NCBI GenBank assembly: GCA_036677645.1 | Contig: JAVBWB010000017.1 | Location: 107,381-171,380, forward strand | DNA from: Geobacteraceae bacterium | GTDB lineage: Bacteria; Desulfobacterota; Desulfuromonadia; Geobacterales; Geobacteraceae | Reading direction: 5' to 3' | DNA length: 64,000 nucleotides | Shown here: positions 17,639 through 29,250 of the stretch, piece after piece | Layout: the number at the start of each line of letters is the position of its first letter | How positions within the stretch are numbered: position 1 is the stretch's first letter | Notes under the pieces: model-generated | Database searches by the model: none | Told to the model about the DNA's origin: nothing | What the model saw: only the letters and a program-made list of their open reading frames with translations | Program-made: the position numbers and the translations under genes

Positions 17639-20074
17639 ATGGAAAACAACCAGGAAAAGGAAGAGCTGAAAATACCCGACATTCTCCCCCTGCTTCCCGT
17701 GCGCGACGTGGTGGTTTATCCCTATATGATAATACCCCTTTTCGTCGGGCGCGAAATATCAATCAGCGCCGTCGATTGGGCGCTGTCGAAGGACAGGCTC
17801 ATCTTCCTCGCGACCCAGAAGGACATCTCGGAGGAAGAACCGGCGCCGGATGCGATCTATACCGTTGGCACTGTAGCGATGATCATGCGCATGCTGAAGC
17901 TTCCCGACGGCAGGGTGAAAATCCTGGTCCAGGGACTGGCCAAGGGGAGGATCACGGAATTCGTGGAATCCAAACCCTTTTTCTCGGTACGCATCGAACG
18001 CATCGAAGAACCCGCTTCGGCGGAAACTTCACTCGAAACAGAGGCATTTCTGCGCACCATCAAGGAGCAGATTGCGCGGATAACCTCCCTCGGGAAAAAT
18101 ATCTCGTCCGAAGTGACGGTAATCCTGGAGAACATGCAGGACCCCGGAAGCCTGGCCGACCTCATTGCCAGCAACATCGGTCTGAAAGTCGAGGAAGCCC
18201 AGAATCTCCTCGAAACCATCGATCCGATCGAACGCCTGAAAAAGGTGAACGAATATCTCAACAAGGAAATCGAGTTGCTATCCATGCAGGCCCGCATCCA
18301 GTCCGCGGCAAAGGAGGAGATGGGGAAGACCCAGCGGGAATACTACCTCCGCGAACAGCTCCGGGCGATTCAGCAGGAACTGGGGGAAACGGATACCAGA
18401 ACCGAGGAAATGGCCGAATTGCGCGCCGCCATCGAGGAAGCAAAAATGCCGGCGACGGTCGAGAAAGAGGCGCTGAAGCAGTTGGGAAGGCTCGAACAGA
18501 TGCATCCGGACGCAGCGGAATCAAACATGCTCAGGACCTACCTGGACTGGCTGGTGGAACTGCCCTGGAGCAAGTCCACCAAGGATGTCCTGGACATCGC
18601 CAGGGCACGCCAGATTCTGGATGAAGACCATTTCTACCTGGAAAAGATCAAGGACCGCATCCTGGAATTCCTGGCGGTGAGAAAGCTGCGAAAAAAGATG
18701 AAAGGTCCGATTCTCTGCTTCGTCGGACCTCCGGGCGTGGGGAAGACCTCCCTGGGCAAGTCCATTGCGCGGGCCATGGGGCGGAAGTTCCTGCGCATCT
18801 CCCTCGGCGGCGTGCGGGACGAAGCCGAAATGCGCGGCCATCGGCGAACTTACGTGGGCGCGCTGCCGGGCCGGATCATCCAGGGCCTGAAACAGGCCGG
18901 GTCAAACAACCCCGTTTTCATGCTGGATGAAATAGATAAGCTGGGCGCCGATTTCCGCGGCGATCCGTCCTCGGCGCTGCTGGAAATCCTGGATCCGGAA
19001 CAGAACCATACGTTCTCGGATCATTACATCAACCTCCCCTTCAACCTGTCGAATGTAATGTTCATAGCCACGGCGAACCAGATTGATCCTGTTCCGAGCG
19101 CACTGCGCGACAGGATGGAGGTCATCTCCCTTTCCGGCTACACCGAAGAGGAGAAGCTGCAGATCGCGAAACGCTACCTGATCCCCCGCCAGATCAAGGA
19201 AAACGGCATCTCCGACAAGATAATCTCCTTTTCGGACGAGGCGGTCAAAACCATCATCGAGAAGTACACGAGGGAAGCGGGACTGAGGAACCTGGAGCGC
19301 GAGATCGGCTCCATCTGCCGCAAAATCGCGCGCAAAGTAGCCGAGGGGAAAAAGCAGCGCTACACCATAAGCAGCACATCGGTCGCCAAATTCCTGGGCC
19401 CCCCCAAGTTCCTTCGCGAAGGAGAGATGGAAAACAACGAAACCGGTGTCGCCACGGGCCTGGCCTGGACTCCGGTGGGCGGAGAGGTGCTCTTCATCGA
19501 GGCAACCACCATGAAGGGCAAAGGCGGCCTCACCCTGACCGGACAGCTTGGCGACGTGATGAAGGAATCGGCTCAGGCAGCCCTGTCCTACATCCGTTCG
19601 AAATCGGGCGTTTTCCGTCTGACCGAGGATTTCTTCACCGATCTGGAGATTCATGTCCATGTTCCGGCCGGCGCAATCCCGAAAGACGGCCCTTCCGCCG
19701 GCGTAACCATGGCCACGGCCCTGGTATCCGCGCTCACGAGAATTCCGGTCAAACGGGACGTGGCCATGACCGGAGAGATAACGCTGCGCGGCAGGGTGCT
19801 GCCCATCGGCGGGCTGAAGGAAAAAATGCTGGCGGCCATCCGCGCGGGAATCACCACCATCGTCATCCCCGAGCAGAACAAGAAAGATCTGGAAGAAATA
19901 CCCAAGCATATACTGAAAAAAATACGGATCCTCACGGCAAAAACCATCGATGACGTGCTGAAAATGGCCCTTGAAATATATCCGCCACCGGCTCCGTCAC
20001 CGGCAAAAGGGCTTCCGCACAAGCCAAGGGCAGCCGCGAAACGGATACCTTCCCGTTCCAAGGTCGTATCTTGA
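17639..20074 (+). CDS. lon: ATP-dependent Lon protease
   Basis: [13 protein letters not shown] (LON N domain), GPPGVGKTS Walker A, and the protease site [11 protein letters not shown]. The second ATG is preferred on SD spacing (AAAGGAGA); the first ATG is at 17633. Confidence 0.95.
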   Translation: MENNQEKEELKIPDILPLLPVRDVVVYPYMIIPLFVGREISISAVDWALSKDRLIFLATQKDISEEEPAPDAIYTVGTVAMIMRMLKLPDGRVKILVQGLAKGRITEFVESKPFFSVRIERIEEPASAETSLETEAFLRTIKEQIARITSLGKNISSEVTVILENMQDPGSLADLIASNIGLKVEEAQNLLETIDPIERLKKVNEYLNKEIELLSMQARIQSAAKEEMGKTQREYYLREQLRAIQQELGETDTRTEEMAELRAAIEEAKMPATVEKEALKQLGRLEQMHPDAAESNMLRTYLDWLVELPWSKSTKDVLDIARARQILDEDHFYLEKIKDRILEFLAVRKLRKKMKGPILCFVGPPGVGKTSLGKSIARAMGRKFLRISLGGVRDEAEMRGHRRTYVGALPGRIIQGLKQAGSNNPVFMLDEIDKLGADFRGDPSSALLEILDPEQNHTFSDHYINLPFNLSNVMFIATANQIDPVPSALRDRMEVISLSGYTEEEKLQIAKRYLIPRQIKENGISDKIISFSDEAVKTIIEKYTREAGLRNLEREIGSICRKIARKVAEGKKQRYTISSTSVAKFLGPPKFLREGEMENNETGVATGLAWTPVGGEVLFIEATTMKGKGGLTLTGQLGDVMKESAQAALSYIRSKSGVFRLTEDFFTDLEIHVHVPAGAIPKDGPSAGVTMATALVSALTRIPVKRDVAMTGEITLRGRVLPIGGLKEKMLAAIRAGITTIVIPEQNKKDLEEIPKHILKKIRILTAKTIDDVLKMALEIYPPPAPSPAKGLPHKPRAAAKRIPSRSKVVS

Positions 20075-21072
20075 GTTACGACGCCAACCTGAAATCACTG
20101 GGCGAATTCGGCCTGATCGACCGGATCGCCCGGTGCGTCCCGCAGGGGCCCGGAGTCAGCCTGGGCATAGGGGACGACGCCGCGGCCGTGGCCTGTTCCA
20201 CCGGGAACCTGAGCCTGATAACCACCGACATGCTGGTTGAGGGCATCCATTTCGACCTCTCGCTGTGCGATCCGGTCTCACTGGGGAAAAAGTCCCTCTC
20301 CGTCAACCTGTCGGACATTGCCGCCATGGGCGGGACTCCCCGCCACTTCCTTCTCTCGATGGCGATCCCTCAATCAGCGAACCTCGCCCTGTTGGACGAC
20401 CTGATCGGCGGCATGATGAGCAGGGCTGCCGAGTTCGGCGTAAGTCTCATCGGCGGCGACACCTGTTCGTCACCGGACCGCCTGGTGCTGTCCCTGACAG
20501 TTCTCGGCGAACAGCTGCCCGCCAGGATAGTCCGTCGTTCCGGAGCCGTACCGGGAGACAACGTCTGCGTCACCGGCACGGTCGGCGACTCGGCGCTCGG
20601 CCTGCAGCTGCTGAAAAGGGGGGAACGCGGGGAATTCCTGATTTCACGGCACCTGGACCCCACGCCACGGGTACGGGAAGGAAGGGCGCTCGCCGATGCC
20701 GGCATACCTTCCGCCATGATCGACGTGAGTGACGGTCTGCTGGCGGACCTGCAGCACATACTGGACAGCTCCTCGGCCGGAGCGCGGCTCCGGCTGGCCG
20801 ACATTCCCCTGTCACCCCATTTCCTGGCCAGGTTTCCGGCAGTGAATGATGAAGCCCGTGCTCTGGCGCTCTCCGGGGGCGAAGACTATGAACTGCTTTT
20901 CACCGTTCCTCCCGCCAGAATGCCGGCCCTCTTTTCCCTCATGCAGGAATTTGCCACACCGGTTACCGTCATCGGCTCGGTTATTGCGGCGACGGGCTTG
21001 TCCGTCGTGGACGCGAACGGCAATGAGCTGCCTTTCCGGAGCAAAGGCTTCGACCATTTTTCCGGATCCTGA
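20071..21072 (+). CDS. thiL: Thiamine-monophosphate kinase
   Basis: [23 protein letters not shown] and GGDT are ThiL/AIR-synthase-like motifs. The TTG start overlaps the lon stop. Confidence 0.85.
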   Translation: MSYDANLKSLGEFGLIDRIARCVPQGPGVSLGIGDDAAAVACSTGNLSLITTDMLVEGIHFDLSLCDPVSLGKKSLSVNLSDIAAMGGTPRHFLLSMAIPQSANLALLDDLIGGMMSRAAEFGVSLIGGDTCSSPDRLVLSLTVLGEQLPARIVRRSGAVPGDNVCVTGTVGDSALGLQLLKRGERGEFLISRHLDPTPRVREGRALADAGIPSAMIDVSDGLLADLQHILDSSSAGARLRLADIPLSPHFLARFPAVNDEARALALSGGEDYELLFTVPPARMPALFSLMQEFATPVTVIGSVIAATGLSVVDANGNELPFRSKGFDHFSGS

Positions 21073-21152
21073 TGCCATCGCTCCGCCTGTGCATACCGGA
21101 TGACGTAGAGGCGGCTGCCTGACCTCACATAAGGGCACGCCGCTGAAAACGG

Positions 21153-22025
21153 ATGACAGCTGTCATGCAAAAGCCCGTCTTTACAACCTCCGCAAGGTCC
21201 AGACTCCGGAGAGACATTCCCGACAAGTCGTACGAGAAGATCCGACGGATCCTCAAGGCCATGACCGGACTCCGGCTCGACAATTACAAGAGTTCATGCG
21301 TAAAACGGCGGATTGCCGTGCGGATGAGCACCGTCGGATGCGAAACCGCGGAAGAATACGTGGAATACCTCCACACGGAGAAGTCGGAGCCAGGCATTCT
21401 GGCAAAGAAACTGACCATTCACGTGAGCAAGTTCTTTCGCAACCCTTCCACTTTCACCAAACTGAGGGAAAAAGTCCTGCCGGCCCTTTTTTCGCATTGC
21501 ACGCAGGAGGGCCGCCGCTCCCTGTTCCTGAGAAGCCTAGGATGCGCCGCGGGAGAGGAGCCCTATACCCTGGCCATCATGCTGAAAGATCATTTCCCCG
21601 AAGAGTTGTCCCGGTTCAGCATTTCCATCCATGGAACCGACATTGACAACGATGTACTGCGCCTGGCGGAAAACGCGGTCTATGGCGAGGAAAGCCTGGA
21701 CGAGATTCCACCCGAGGTCAGGGAACGTCACTTCCGCTTCAAGGACGGCACATACCACCTTGACCCCCGTATCCGTGAAATGGTCTCTTTTGCGCATGGC
21801 GATCTGGCGCGATCTCCTGGCAAGGCGACAACCGACCTCATTCTCTGTCGCAACGTGCTCATTTATTTCGAACGCAGCTCTCAGGAATCAATCATCTCCT
21901 CTTTCGCCGAATCGCTCCGCGAAGGGGGCTTCCTCGTCCTGGGAAGAACTGAAACCATGATGAGCGGAGTGCGGGAACTGTTCCGCCCCGTATGCCATGC
22001 CGAGCGTATCTACCGCAAAGCCTGA
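21153..22025 (+). CDS. cheR: Chemotaxis protein methyltransferase CheR
   Basis: CheR N-helical region plus the SAM-binding core (SLGCAAGEEPYTLAIML...LILCRNVLIYF). Confidence 0.85.
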   Translation: MTAVMQKPVFTTSARSRLRRDIPDKSYEKIRRILKAMTGLRLDNYKSSCVKRRIAVRMSTVGCETAEEYVEYLHTEKSEPGILAKKLTIHVSKFFRNPSTFTKLREKVLPALFSHCTQEGRRSLFLRSLGCAAGEEPYTLAIMLKDHFPEELSRFSISIHGTDIDNDVLRLAENAVYGEESLDEIPPEVRERHFRFKDGTYHLDPRIREMVSFAHGDLARSPGKATTDLILCRNVLIYFERSSQESIISSFAESLREGGFLVLGRTETMMSGVRELFRPVCHAERIYRKA

Positions 22026-22072
22026 CCCTCCCCGAGGCGCATCGGGCAACGTGCGCATCCCCGCAGCTTCCA

Positions 22073-22088
22073 TGGCATGAGTGTTGCT
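22073..22088 (+). promoter_or_regulatory. Sigma-54 (RpoN) -24/-12 promoter candidate upstream of mcp
   Basis: TGGCATGAGTGTTGCT against the consensus TGGCACG-N4-TTGCW. GG/GC spacing is correct with a single mismatch. It lies about 112 nt upstream of the mcp ATG. Confidence 0.5.
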
Positions 22089-22199
22089 TTATATTGCGTA
22101 ATCCCGTATATAGTAAGTTTCCGGCTCGAAATCCGACAGCCTGCTCACACGGATTCCGGAAGGAAACGGCACACCCCGGCTGATAAGAAAGGAGAAGGC

Positions 22200-23480
22200 A
22201 TGCGTATCCCCATCGGGTACAAATTCATCCTCGGGTTTGTAGTGGTTGTCGCCGCGGTGGCATTCACCCCCAGGGGGGTCCAGATGCTGGGCTATTCTCC
22301 TGAAGCAACAAGCCTCATCAGCTACCTGGTGGCATTGACCATAGGCCTCATCCTCGGATGGTTCTTCACCAAGACCTTCACCAGGAACATCTCCCGGTTG
22401 AACGAATCAGCTGAAGCCATCAGCAGGGGGGACCTGACCGGAGATCTTGCCCTGGGCGGAACCCGTTTTCCCGACGAAACCGTGGACATGGCGGTCTCGA
22501 TCGACCGCATGAAGGACAACCTGCGCAGGCTGGTCAGGAGCATCAGGGAAATTGCCGAGAAAGTTTCCGATTCGGCCGGGACACTGTCGTCCAATGCCGT
22601 GGAAATCAATGCATCGACGGAGGAAGTAGCGATTGCCGTGGAACATATCTCCAGGGGCGCGGAAAAACAGGCGGAAATGGTCGGCAACAGCTCCAAGGTC
22701 ATCCATGAAATGGCCATTTCCATCGAACTGGTTGCCAAGAGGGCCAGGGAAGCCGCAAGTGCAGCGCGGGACACCAGCATTTCAGCCCGTCGCGGCGGCG
22801 ATCAGGCGCAAGACCTTCTCGAAAGGATGCGCGGATTCCTCGATCGGGTCGAAATGAGCGGGCAGCAGTTCATGGAATTCAACACCAAACTGCAGCGGGT
22901 CGGGAAGATCGCGGATTTCATCGGCGAAATCGCCCGGCAGACCAACATGCTGGCCCTGAACGCTTCCATCGAGGCAGCACGGGCTGGCGAATACGGCAAA
23001 GGATTCGCGGTTGTGGCGGAAGAAGTGCGGAAACTGTCCGAGGGCGCCGGCAAATCCGCCGAAGACATAATAGAGCTCATCAGTGCTGTCCGCGAAGAGA
23101 GTCATCGCGTCCAGGACACCATAGTGGATATTTTCCGAAGCATCGGTGACGGCAAGAAAAGCATCGACATCACCGTTGATTCCTTCAGGGAGATCGTGCA
23201 GACAGTCATGGAAACCGAGCGCAAGTCAAACAGCATCGCGGATCTATCCGCCATGCAGACGGATGGAGCGGGCCGGATGGTGAAGAACGTTGACGAAATC
23301 GCCCGGGTAGCGGAAGATAACGCTGCTTCGACTGAGCAGGTGTCGGCCGCCACCCAGGAGCAGACAGTCGCCATGCAGGAGATGTCCCAGGCGGCAAAGG
23401 AGCTTGCCGCCCTCTCCGCCGAACTGTGCAGTTGCGTCGAGCGCTTCACGCTGCCGCCGAGCGAGGTTCCGGCAGCATGA
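22200..23480 (+). CDS. Methyl-accepting chemotaxis protein (minimal periplasmic loop, HAMP)
   Basis: Two TM segments, HAMP, and the conserved signalling hairpin [38 protein letters not shown]. The GGAGAAGGC SD precedes the ATG at 22200. Confidence 0.85.
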   Translation: MRIPIGYKFILGFVVVVAAVAFTPRGVQMLGYSPEATSLISYLVALTIGLILGWFFTKTFTRNISRLNESAEAISRGDLTGDLALGGTRFPDETVDMAVSIDRMKDNLRRLVRSIREIAEKVSDSAGTLSSNAVEINASTEEVAIAVEHISRGAEKQAEMVGNSSKVIHEMAISIELVAKRAREAASAARDTSISARRGGDQAQDLLERMRGFLDRVEMSGQQFMEFNTKLQRVGKIADFIGEIARQTNMLALNASIEAARAGEYGKGFAVVAEEVRKLSEGAGKSAEDIIELISAVREESHRVQDTIVDIFRSIGDGKKSIDITVDSFREIVQTVMETERKSNSIADLSAMQTDGAGRMVKNVDEIARVAEDNAASTEQVSAATQEQTVAMQEMSQAAKELAALSAELCSCVERFTLPPSEVPAA

Positions 23481-23923
23481 AAGCGAGCCGGGAACGTTTC
23501 CTGATCGTATCGGTCAGCGAAAGCCGATTCGCTTTTCCGCTGAAAGAAATCGCCGAAGTCACGGAAACGTTTGCGACATACCCCATCCCCTTGGCGCCGC
23601 GGGAGTACGTCGGCGTCATGAATTTCCACGGAGCGCCCGTTCCGGTCCTGGATCTGGATTCCCTTCTGCACGGCTGTCCGCCAAAAGCATCAGGCACGGT
23701 CCTGGTAATCGACGGCAGGAACCGTTCCCTAGCCGTGCGCGTGGACCGGATCGAGAAGATAGCGCCCGGCGACATCATTGAGTCCTTCCCCGCAAGCGAC
23801 TGGCAGTCGGGAAGGTCTGCCGTCATCGAGCAGGAAAAAATACCCTCACCGTCACTGGATCGGCTGGTGGAACTGCTTGAGGACACGCTCCGGAGATCCG
23901 GGCGACAGCCCCGCACCCCCTGA
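23477..23923 (+). CDS. cheW: Chemotaxis coupling protein CheW
   Basis: [22 protein letters not shown]...[16 protein letters not shown] matches the CheW pattern. There is an ATGA overlap with the mcp stop. Confidence 0.8.
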   Translation: MKASRERFLIVSVSESRFAFPLKEIAEVTETFATYPIPLAPREYVGVMNFHGAPVPVLDLDSLLHGCPPKASGTVLVIDGRNRSLAVRVDRIEKIAPGDIIESFPASDWQSGRSAVIEQEKIPSPSLDRLVELLEDTLRRSGRQPRTP

Positions 23924-24049
23924 AGCAAATTCAAGCGCTGATCGGACGGTTACCGCCAATTGGACATCATGCGAAGCGAACCTGAAGGAAATCACAGATC
24001 GGCTGACCGGCAACCTGCCGCCCTGGCGGAAAAAGGGAGGGCCCGCTGA

Positions 24050-25687
24050 ATGGACATGTCCCCGTACAAGGAACTGTTCATCTCTGAGGTCAGGGAACAC
24101 CTGCACACCATGAACGATGCCATAGTGGCGCTCGAAGAGGACCCGGCGGATCGCGGCAAGATCGATGCCCTCTTCAGGATGGCCCACTCCATCAAGGGCA
24201 TGTCGGCGTCCATGGGGTATGAAACAATGGCCGAGCTTGCCCACAAGATGGAAGACCTGATGGACAAGATCAGGAAGGCAGCATGCTGTTTCGAAACGGA
24301 CATCGCCGACCTGCTCCTGGAAGGCTCCGACCGCCTGACGGCTATGGTTCGCGGGGTGGAAGAGGGGGACGAAACTGAGCGGAACATTTCCGATCTGGTG
24401 GAGAGAATGGCAGGATATGCACCCGGTTCAACTGCCAAGAATGACGGAGACCGGGGAGAGCGGGCAACCGGATCCCCTGAACTGAAACAGGTCGAACCGT
24501 CCGGAAGCGCTGCCCCGATACCCGGTGACGGTGAGAGTTCCCGCAAGACGGTTCGGGTCAGGACGGCAGTGCTCGACAGCCTGATCAACATCACCGGCGA
24601 ACTGGTTACCAGCAAGAGCAGGCTGGCAAGCATTTCCGCCGAATCGGGGATAAGGAAACTGGACCTGGCGGTTTTCGACCTTTCCCGTCAGGTCCGCGAA
24701 CTGCACGACGAAATTCTCAAGCTGCGCCTGATGCCCTTCGGCACGGTCGCCGACCGCCTGCCGCGAACGCTTCGCGACCTGGCAAAAAGAAGCGGCAAGG
24801 ATGTATCTCTCAGGATCAGCGGCAAAGAGATCGAAATTGACCGCGGCATTCTGGATGAACTTTCCGACCCGCTGCAGCACCTGCTCCGGAATGCGGTCGA
24901 TCACGGTATCGAACCGCCTGCCGAACGCCTGGCCCGGGGGAAAAAGTCCGGGGGAACAATCGCGATCGAAGCACGAAAATGCAAGGACAGGGTAATCGTC
25001 AGCATTGCCGATGACGGAAGGGGCATGGACCCCGACTCGATAATCGCCGCCGCCAGGGAAAAAGGCCTTGTCAGTGACGAAGAAGCGTCGCGGCTATCCC
25101 CCCGTCAAGCTTTCCTCCTGACCTGCCTGCCCGGTTTTTCCACGGCGGACAAGGTTACCGGCATTTCCGGCAGGGGGGTGGGGATGGATGTCGTCAGGTC
25201 TTCCCTGCAATCCCTCGGCGGCAACCTGTCCATCGAATCGGAATTTGGGAAAGGAAGCCGCTTCACGCTTTCCCTCCCCCTCACGATCTCGATCATCCAG
25301 GTGCTCCTGGTCGGGTGCGCCCAGTACACGGTCGCGTTTCCGATCGACAAGGTACTGCGTACTCTGGACATCAAGCGGGAGGACATAACGGCCAGCGGCA
25401 GGAGGACCGTTTTGACGCTGGGAGGGGAAAGCTTACCGTTGCTGAGCCTTCGGCGCCTGTTGGGGTTGCCCCTCACTTCCGGCAAGGGGCCGGGAATCCC
25501 TGCGGTCATTATCGAAACACGGGGACGCAAGACAGGCATGCTGGTAGACCGGTTCATCGGCCAGCAGGATGTCTTCGTCAAACCGTTCGGAAGACCCCTG
25601 AACAGGATGAGGGGCCTTATCGGCGGAGCGGTCCTGGGCGACGGAAGGATCGTCTGCATTCTCGATCCGGCGGAATTCGTCCGTTAA
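24050..25687 (+). CDS. cheA: Chemotaxis histidine kinase CheA
   Basis: Hpt domain with FRMAHSIKGMSASMG, HATPase domain (LLRNAVDHGIE, DDGRGMD, GRGVGMDVV), and a C-terminal CheW-like domain. There is no fused receiver. Confidence 0.9.
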   Translation: MDMSPYKELFISEVREHLHTMNDAIVALEEDPADRGKIDALFRMAHSIKGMSASMGYETMAELAHKMEDLMDKIRKAACCFETDIADLLLEGSDRLTAMVRGVEEGDETERNISDLVERMAGYAPGSTAKNDGDRGERATGSPELKQVEPSGSAAPIPGDGESSRKTVRVRTAVLDSLINITGELVTSKSRLASISAESGIRKLDLAVFDLSRQVRELHDEILKLRLMPFGTVADRLPRTLRDLAKRSGKDVSLRISGKEIEIDRGILDELSDPLQHLLRNAVDHGIEPPAERLARGKKSGGTIAIEARKCKDRVIVSIADDGRGMDPDSIIAAAREKGLVSDEEASRLSPRQAFLLTCLPGFSTADKVTGISGRGVGMDVVRSSLQSLGGNLSIESEFGKGSRFTLSLPLTISIIQVLLVGCAQYTVAFPIDKVLRTLDIKREDITASGRRTVLTLGGESLPLLSLRRLLGLPLTSGKGPGIPAVIIETRGRKTGMLVDRFIGQQDVFVKPFGRPLNRMRGLIGGAVLGDGRIVCILDPAEFVR

Positions 25688-25804
25688 GGCCTCCGCAGTG
25701 AGCCGGACCACCGGACACCAGGACCCGGGAGTTGAAACCATGATGAAATCTGTTGCGCCCTGACTTCAGTTATGGCACTATCAGCCGCGTTTTTTGAAAG
25801 GAAA

Positions 25805-26527
25805 ATGACCATGAGATACTTTACCATCGTGCCCCTTCTCTGCCTTCTCGCTCTCGTTCCCGGTTTCGCCTCCCCCGCATTTGCGGAGGCAGGCCTCAAG
25901 GATGTCGTCGCAACAGTTGAGCGAGGGTATAATTCGTTGAGCGACCTGCAGGCATCCTTCTCGCAGAAGACTTTCATCCCGTCGGTAAAGAGGGACCAGA
26001 CGGGTAACGGCATCCTGTACATAAAGAAGAATTCCTCGGCGGCCGCCATGTTCCGCTTCGACTACCGTATGCCGAAACAGCTCATTGTTTCGAACGGGAA
26101 AACAGTCTGGTTCTATCTGCCGGAAAACAGGCAGGTCATGCAGTCCAGCATCCAGAACATTTTCGAAGGTGACAACGGAATCGCGCTCAATTACCTGACC
26201 GGAATGGGACGCATCTCCCGCGATTTCACCATCTCTCCCCTGAAAGGGCTGCGCGACGCCTCGGGCAACTACCTCCTGGAACTGGTGCCGAAAAAACCGG
26301 GCAAGAATCTGGCAAAACTCCAGTTGACAGTGTCCGGTGTCGCCGTGGCGAAATATCTGAAAGAAAAGAATTTGAAGAATACGTTCCCCATTGTCTCTTC
26401 GGTAGTCTTCGATCCCTTCGGAACCAGGACGACCATCCTTTTCAGCAATGTCAGGGTAAACCGGGGGATGAAGAACTCGCTTTTCACCTTCAGGGCGCCT
26501 GCCGGTACCGAAATAATCAAGCCATAG
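25805..26527 (+). CDS. LolA-like outer-membrane lipoprotein carrier family protein
   Basis: Signal peptide, then the LolA-like pattern (YNSLSDLQASFSQKTF...GILYIKK...NGKTVWFYLPENRQV). Confidence 0.65.
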   Translation: MTMRYFTIVPLLCLLALVPGFASPAFAEAGLKDVVATVERGYNSLSDLQASFSQKTFIPSVKRDQTGNGILYIKKNSSAAAMFRFDYRMPKQLIVSNGKTVWFYLPENRQVMQSSIQNIFEGDNGIALNYLTGMGRISRDFTISPLKGLRDASGNYLLELVPKKPGKNLAKLQLTVSGVAVAKYLKEKNLKNTFPIVSSVVFDPFGTRTTILFSNVRVNRGMKNSLFTFRAPAGTEIIKP

Positions 26528-26622
26528 CCGTCTGGACAAAGCTCTTGCGGCTGTCCCTGGGCAGGACCACGATATAACACGGACAGGTACCGCATGTTCA
26601 CTAACAGGGGAGAAAACAAGAT

Positions 26623-27108
26623 ATGCCATCATTCGACATAGTGTCACAGATCGACATGCAGGAAGTCGACAACGCAGTCAACCAGACGGTCAAAGAGATC
26701 ACCCAGCGTTACGATTTCAAGAATTCAAAAAGTGAAGTTTCGCTTGAGAAGGATTCCATCAGGATTCTGGCAGACGACGATTTCCGCCTGAAGGCCATCG
26801 TCGACATTCTCCAGTCCAAGTGCATCAAGCGGGGAATTTCCCTGAAAGCCCTGAAATATGGGTCAACTGAATCCGCATCCGGAGGCATGGTCCGCCAGAT
26901 CGTCACGCTCCAGCAGGGAATATCCAAGGAAAAAGGCAAGGAAATCATCGCCGCCATCAAGGAGACCAAGCTGAAAGTGCAGGGCCAGATCCAGGAGGAT
27001 CAGGTCAGGGTTACCGGAAAGAGCATCGACGACCTCCAGGAGATCATAAAGATGCTGAAGGGCAGGGATCTGGATGTGGATATGCAGTTCATAAATTTCA
27101 GACAGTAG
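26623..27108 (+). CDS. yajQ: YajQ-family nucleotide (c-di-GMP)-binding protein
   Basis: [33 protein letters not shown] is the hallmark YajQ N-terminus. Length is 161 aa. Confidence 0.85.
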   Translation: MPSFDIVSQIDMQEVDNAVNQTVKEITQRYDFKNSKSEVSLEKDSIRILADDDFRLKAIVDILQSKCIKRGISLKALKYGSTESASGGMVRQIVTLQQGISKEKGKEIIAAIKETKLKVQGQIQEDQVRVTGKSIDDLQEIIKMLKGRDLDVDMQFINFRQ

Positions 27109-27139
27109 GCGATCCGGAACGATCGCCCGTCCGCAAGAG

Positions 27140-28498
27140 GTGCCATTGAACGACAAGACGAAACGGAAAGTGAGCATGGTCAGCCTCGGCTGCCCGAAAA
27201 ACCTGGTTGACGCCGAAGTGATGCTCGGCTACCTCGACCGTGAAGGTTACGAGATCACCACTGATGAGAAGGACGCCGACATCATCATTGTCAACACCTG
27301 CTCATTCATCAAAGAGGCGAAACAGGAGAGCATCGATGCCATCCTCGACCTTGCCGACAGGAAGCACGACGGCCGCTGCAGCCTCCTGATCGTAACAGGA
27401 TGCCTGCCCCAGCGCTACCAGGAGGAACTGTGCCGTGAACTCCCGGAAGTCGACATATTCATCGGTACGGGGGACTACCCGAAGATTGCCGGCATAATCG
27501 CGGAAAAAAGCGGCACATCGGAACAGCTCCGCTACATCGGAGATCCGAACTTCGTGTATGACGAGAGTTCGCCGCGGCTGAAATCCACCCCCCTCTACAC
27601 CGCTTATCTCAAGATCGCCGAAGGCTGTTCCAACTGCTGCTCGTACTGCGTGATCCCGAGCCTGCGGGGGGCGTACCGGTCCCGGCCGATGCGGGGACTG
27701 CTGGAAGAAGCCCGCAGGCTGGTGGACAGCGGAACCAGGGAGATCAACATCATCGCCCAGGACATAACCCGATACGGCACGGACCTGGACGATGGTTCGA
27801 ACCTGGAGGCATTGATACGAAACCTTGCGCAAATAGAGGGGCTTCGCTGGATCCGCCTCCTCTACGCCTATCCGAACGGCATCACCGACGAACTCATCGA
27901 GCTGATCCGGGAGGAACGCAAAGTCTGCAAGTACCTGGACATCCCCCTGCAGCACATCAGTGATCCGATCCTGGCAAAGATGAACCGGAGGAGCACCTCG
28001 CAACAAATCAGGGATCTGATCGGCAGGCTCCGCGCGGAAATCCCGGAGATCGCGCTCCGCACGTCGCTCATCGTCGGTTTCCCCGGGGAAACCGAAGACG
28101 ATTTCAAGCAGTTGCTGCATTTCGTGGACGAAGCCCAGTTCGACCGGCTCGGGGTCTTCTGCTATTCCAGGGAAGAAGGGACCCCGGCCGCGGAGATGCC
28201 GGACCAGGTTTCGGAGCGGGTCAAACGGGAGCGCTACAAAAAAGTCATGAAGGCACAGGCCAGGCTCTCATTCAAGCGCAACCGCCGCCTGACCGGCAGG
28301 ATAGAAGAAGTGCTCGTGGAAGGCTTCAGCGAGGAAACCGAACTGCTCCTGAAGGGAAGGTCCTCCCGCCAGGCGCCGGATATCGACGGCCAGGTTTACA
28401 TAACGGCAGGCAATGCCCATGTGGGAGACATCGTTCCCTTGAGAATAACCGACTCGTCGGATTACGACCTGATCGGGGAAATAGTCGAACCGGACTGA
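27140..28498 (+). CDS. rimO: Ribosomal protein S12 methylthiotransferase RimO
   Basis: [17 protein letters not shown], radical-SAM CSNCCSYC and a C-terminal TRAM domain. The start is uncertain (GTG 27140, TTG 27146 or ATG 27176). Confidence 0.85.
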   Translation: MPLNDKTKRKVSMVSLGCPKNLVDAEVMLGYLDREGYEITTDEKDADIIIVNTCSFIKEAKQESIDAILDLADRKHDGRCSLLIVTGCLPQRYQEELCRELPEVDIFIGTGDYPKIAGIIAEKSGTSEQLRYIGDPNFVYDESSPRLKSTPLYTAYLKIAEGCSNCCSYCVIPSLRGAYRSRPMRGLLEEARRLVDSGTREINIIAQDITRYGTDLDDGSNLEALIRNLAQIEGLRWIRLLYAYPNGITDELIELIREERKVCKYLDIPLQHISDPILAKMNRRSTSQQIRDLIGRLRAEIPEIALRTSLIVGFPGETEDDFKQLLHFVDEAQFDRLGVFCYSREEGTPAAEMPDQVSERVKRERYKKVMKAQARLSFKRNRRLTGRIEEVLVEGFSEETELLLKGRSSRQAPDIDGQVYITAGNAHVGDIVPLRITDSSDYDLIGEIVEPD

Positions 28499-28535
28499 TC
28501 GCCGGAACCCGGGACCCCTCGAGGGGGCTTTTTGC

Positions 28536-28563
28536 TTGACAACCGGTTAAAGTACGTTATTAT
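28536..28563 (+). promoter_or_regulatory. Sigma-70-like promoter upstream of dksA-like gene
   Basis: TTGACA (28536-28541), a 16-nt spacer, then TATTAT (28558-28563). Confidence 0.5.
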
Positions 28564-28610
28564 GTGCAATCCTGAATGGAAGAGATATATTTCAGCACGG
28601 AGACGACCTG

Positions 28611-29030
28611 ATGGTAGAAAGAATCGAGGAAATGAAAGCAATCCTCCTGAAGTTGAAGGAGGACACATTGAAAGAGATAAACAAGACGTTGAAATCTACG
28701 GCTGAGGTCCCAACCGGGGAACCGAGCGGCGATATCTACGACCAGGCCTCCAGCGAGCGGGACCGGGAACTGGGATTCCTGCTCAACGACCGTGAGCGCG
28801 AGAAACTGCGCAATATCGACGAGGCTCTGCTGCGCATCGAGGACGGCGACTACGGCATCTGCGAAGAGTGCGGTTGCGACATCCCCATCGGCAGGCTCCG
28901 GGCAATGCCTTTCGCCCATTACTGCGTAAAATGCAAGGAAGACATCGAAAAACTGCAGGCCCAGACCAAGCGCTTCGAAGAAGACCGGGCTTACAACGAG
29001 ATCTCCTTCGGCGAGGATGAAGAGGCCTGA
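28611..29030 (+). CDS. DksA/TraR-family C4 zinc-finger protein
   Basis: Coiled-coil N-terminal part and CEECGCDIPIGRLRAMPFAHYCVKCK. Confidence 0.8.
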   Translation: MVERIEEMKAILLKLKEDTLKEINKTLKSTAEVPTGEPSGDIYDQASSERDRELGFLLNDREREKLRNIDEALLRIEDGDYGICEECGCDIPIGRLRAMPFAHYCVKCKEDIEKLQAQTKRFEEDRAYNEISFGEDEEA

Positions 29031-29058
29031 GAACGCGCCGCAACCACCTGACAAGAAA

Positions 29059-29090
29059 GGGCGTCTCCCCCACGGAGACGCCCTTTTCTG
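29059..29090 (+). terminator. Intrinsic terminator after the dksA-like gene
   Basis: GGGCGTCTCC-CCCAC-GGAGACGCCC followed by TTTTCT. Confidence 0.65.
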
Positions 29091-29250
29091 CATTCCCATC
29101 CGACTGAAAAGTATTTTTCCCAACCATACCGGAAACGAGGATTTTTTCGTTCAGGCCAGCAAAGCAAGGATTTGCGCGGAAGCGTACTTTCAGTACGTCG
29201 CACAAGCAAAACCGCAGCTGACACAGCCAGGGCGGAACATACCGTTGCCG

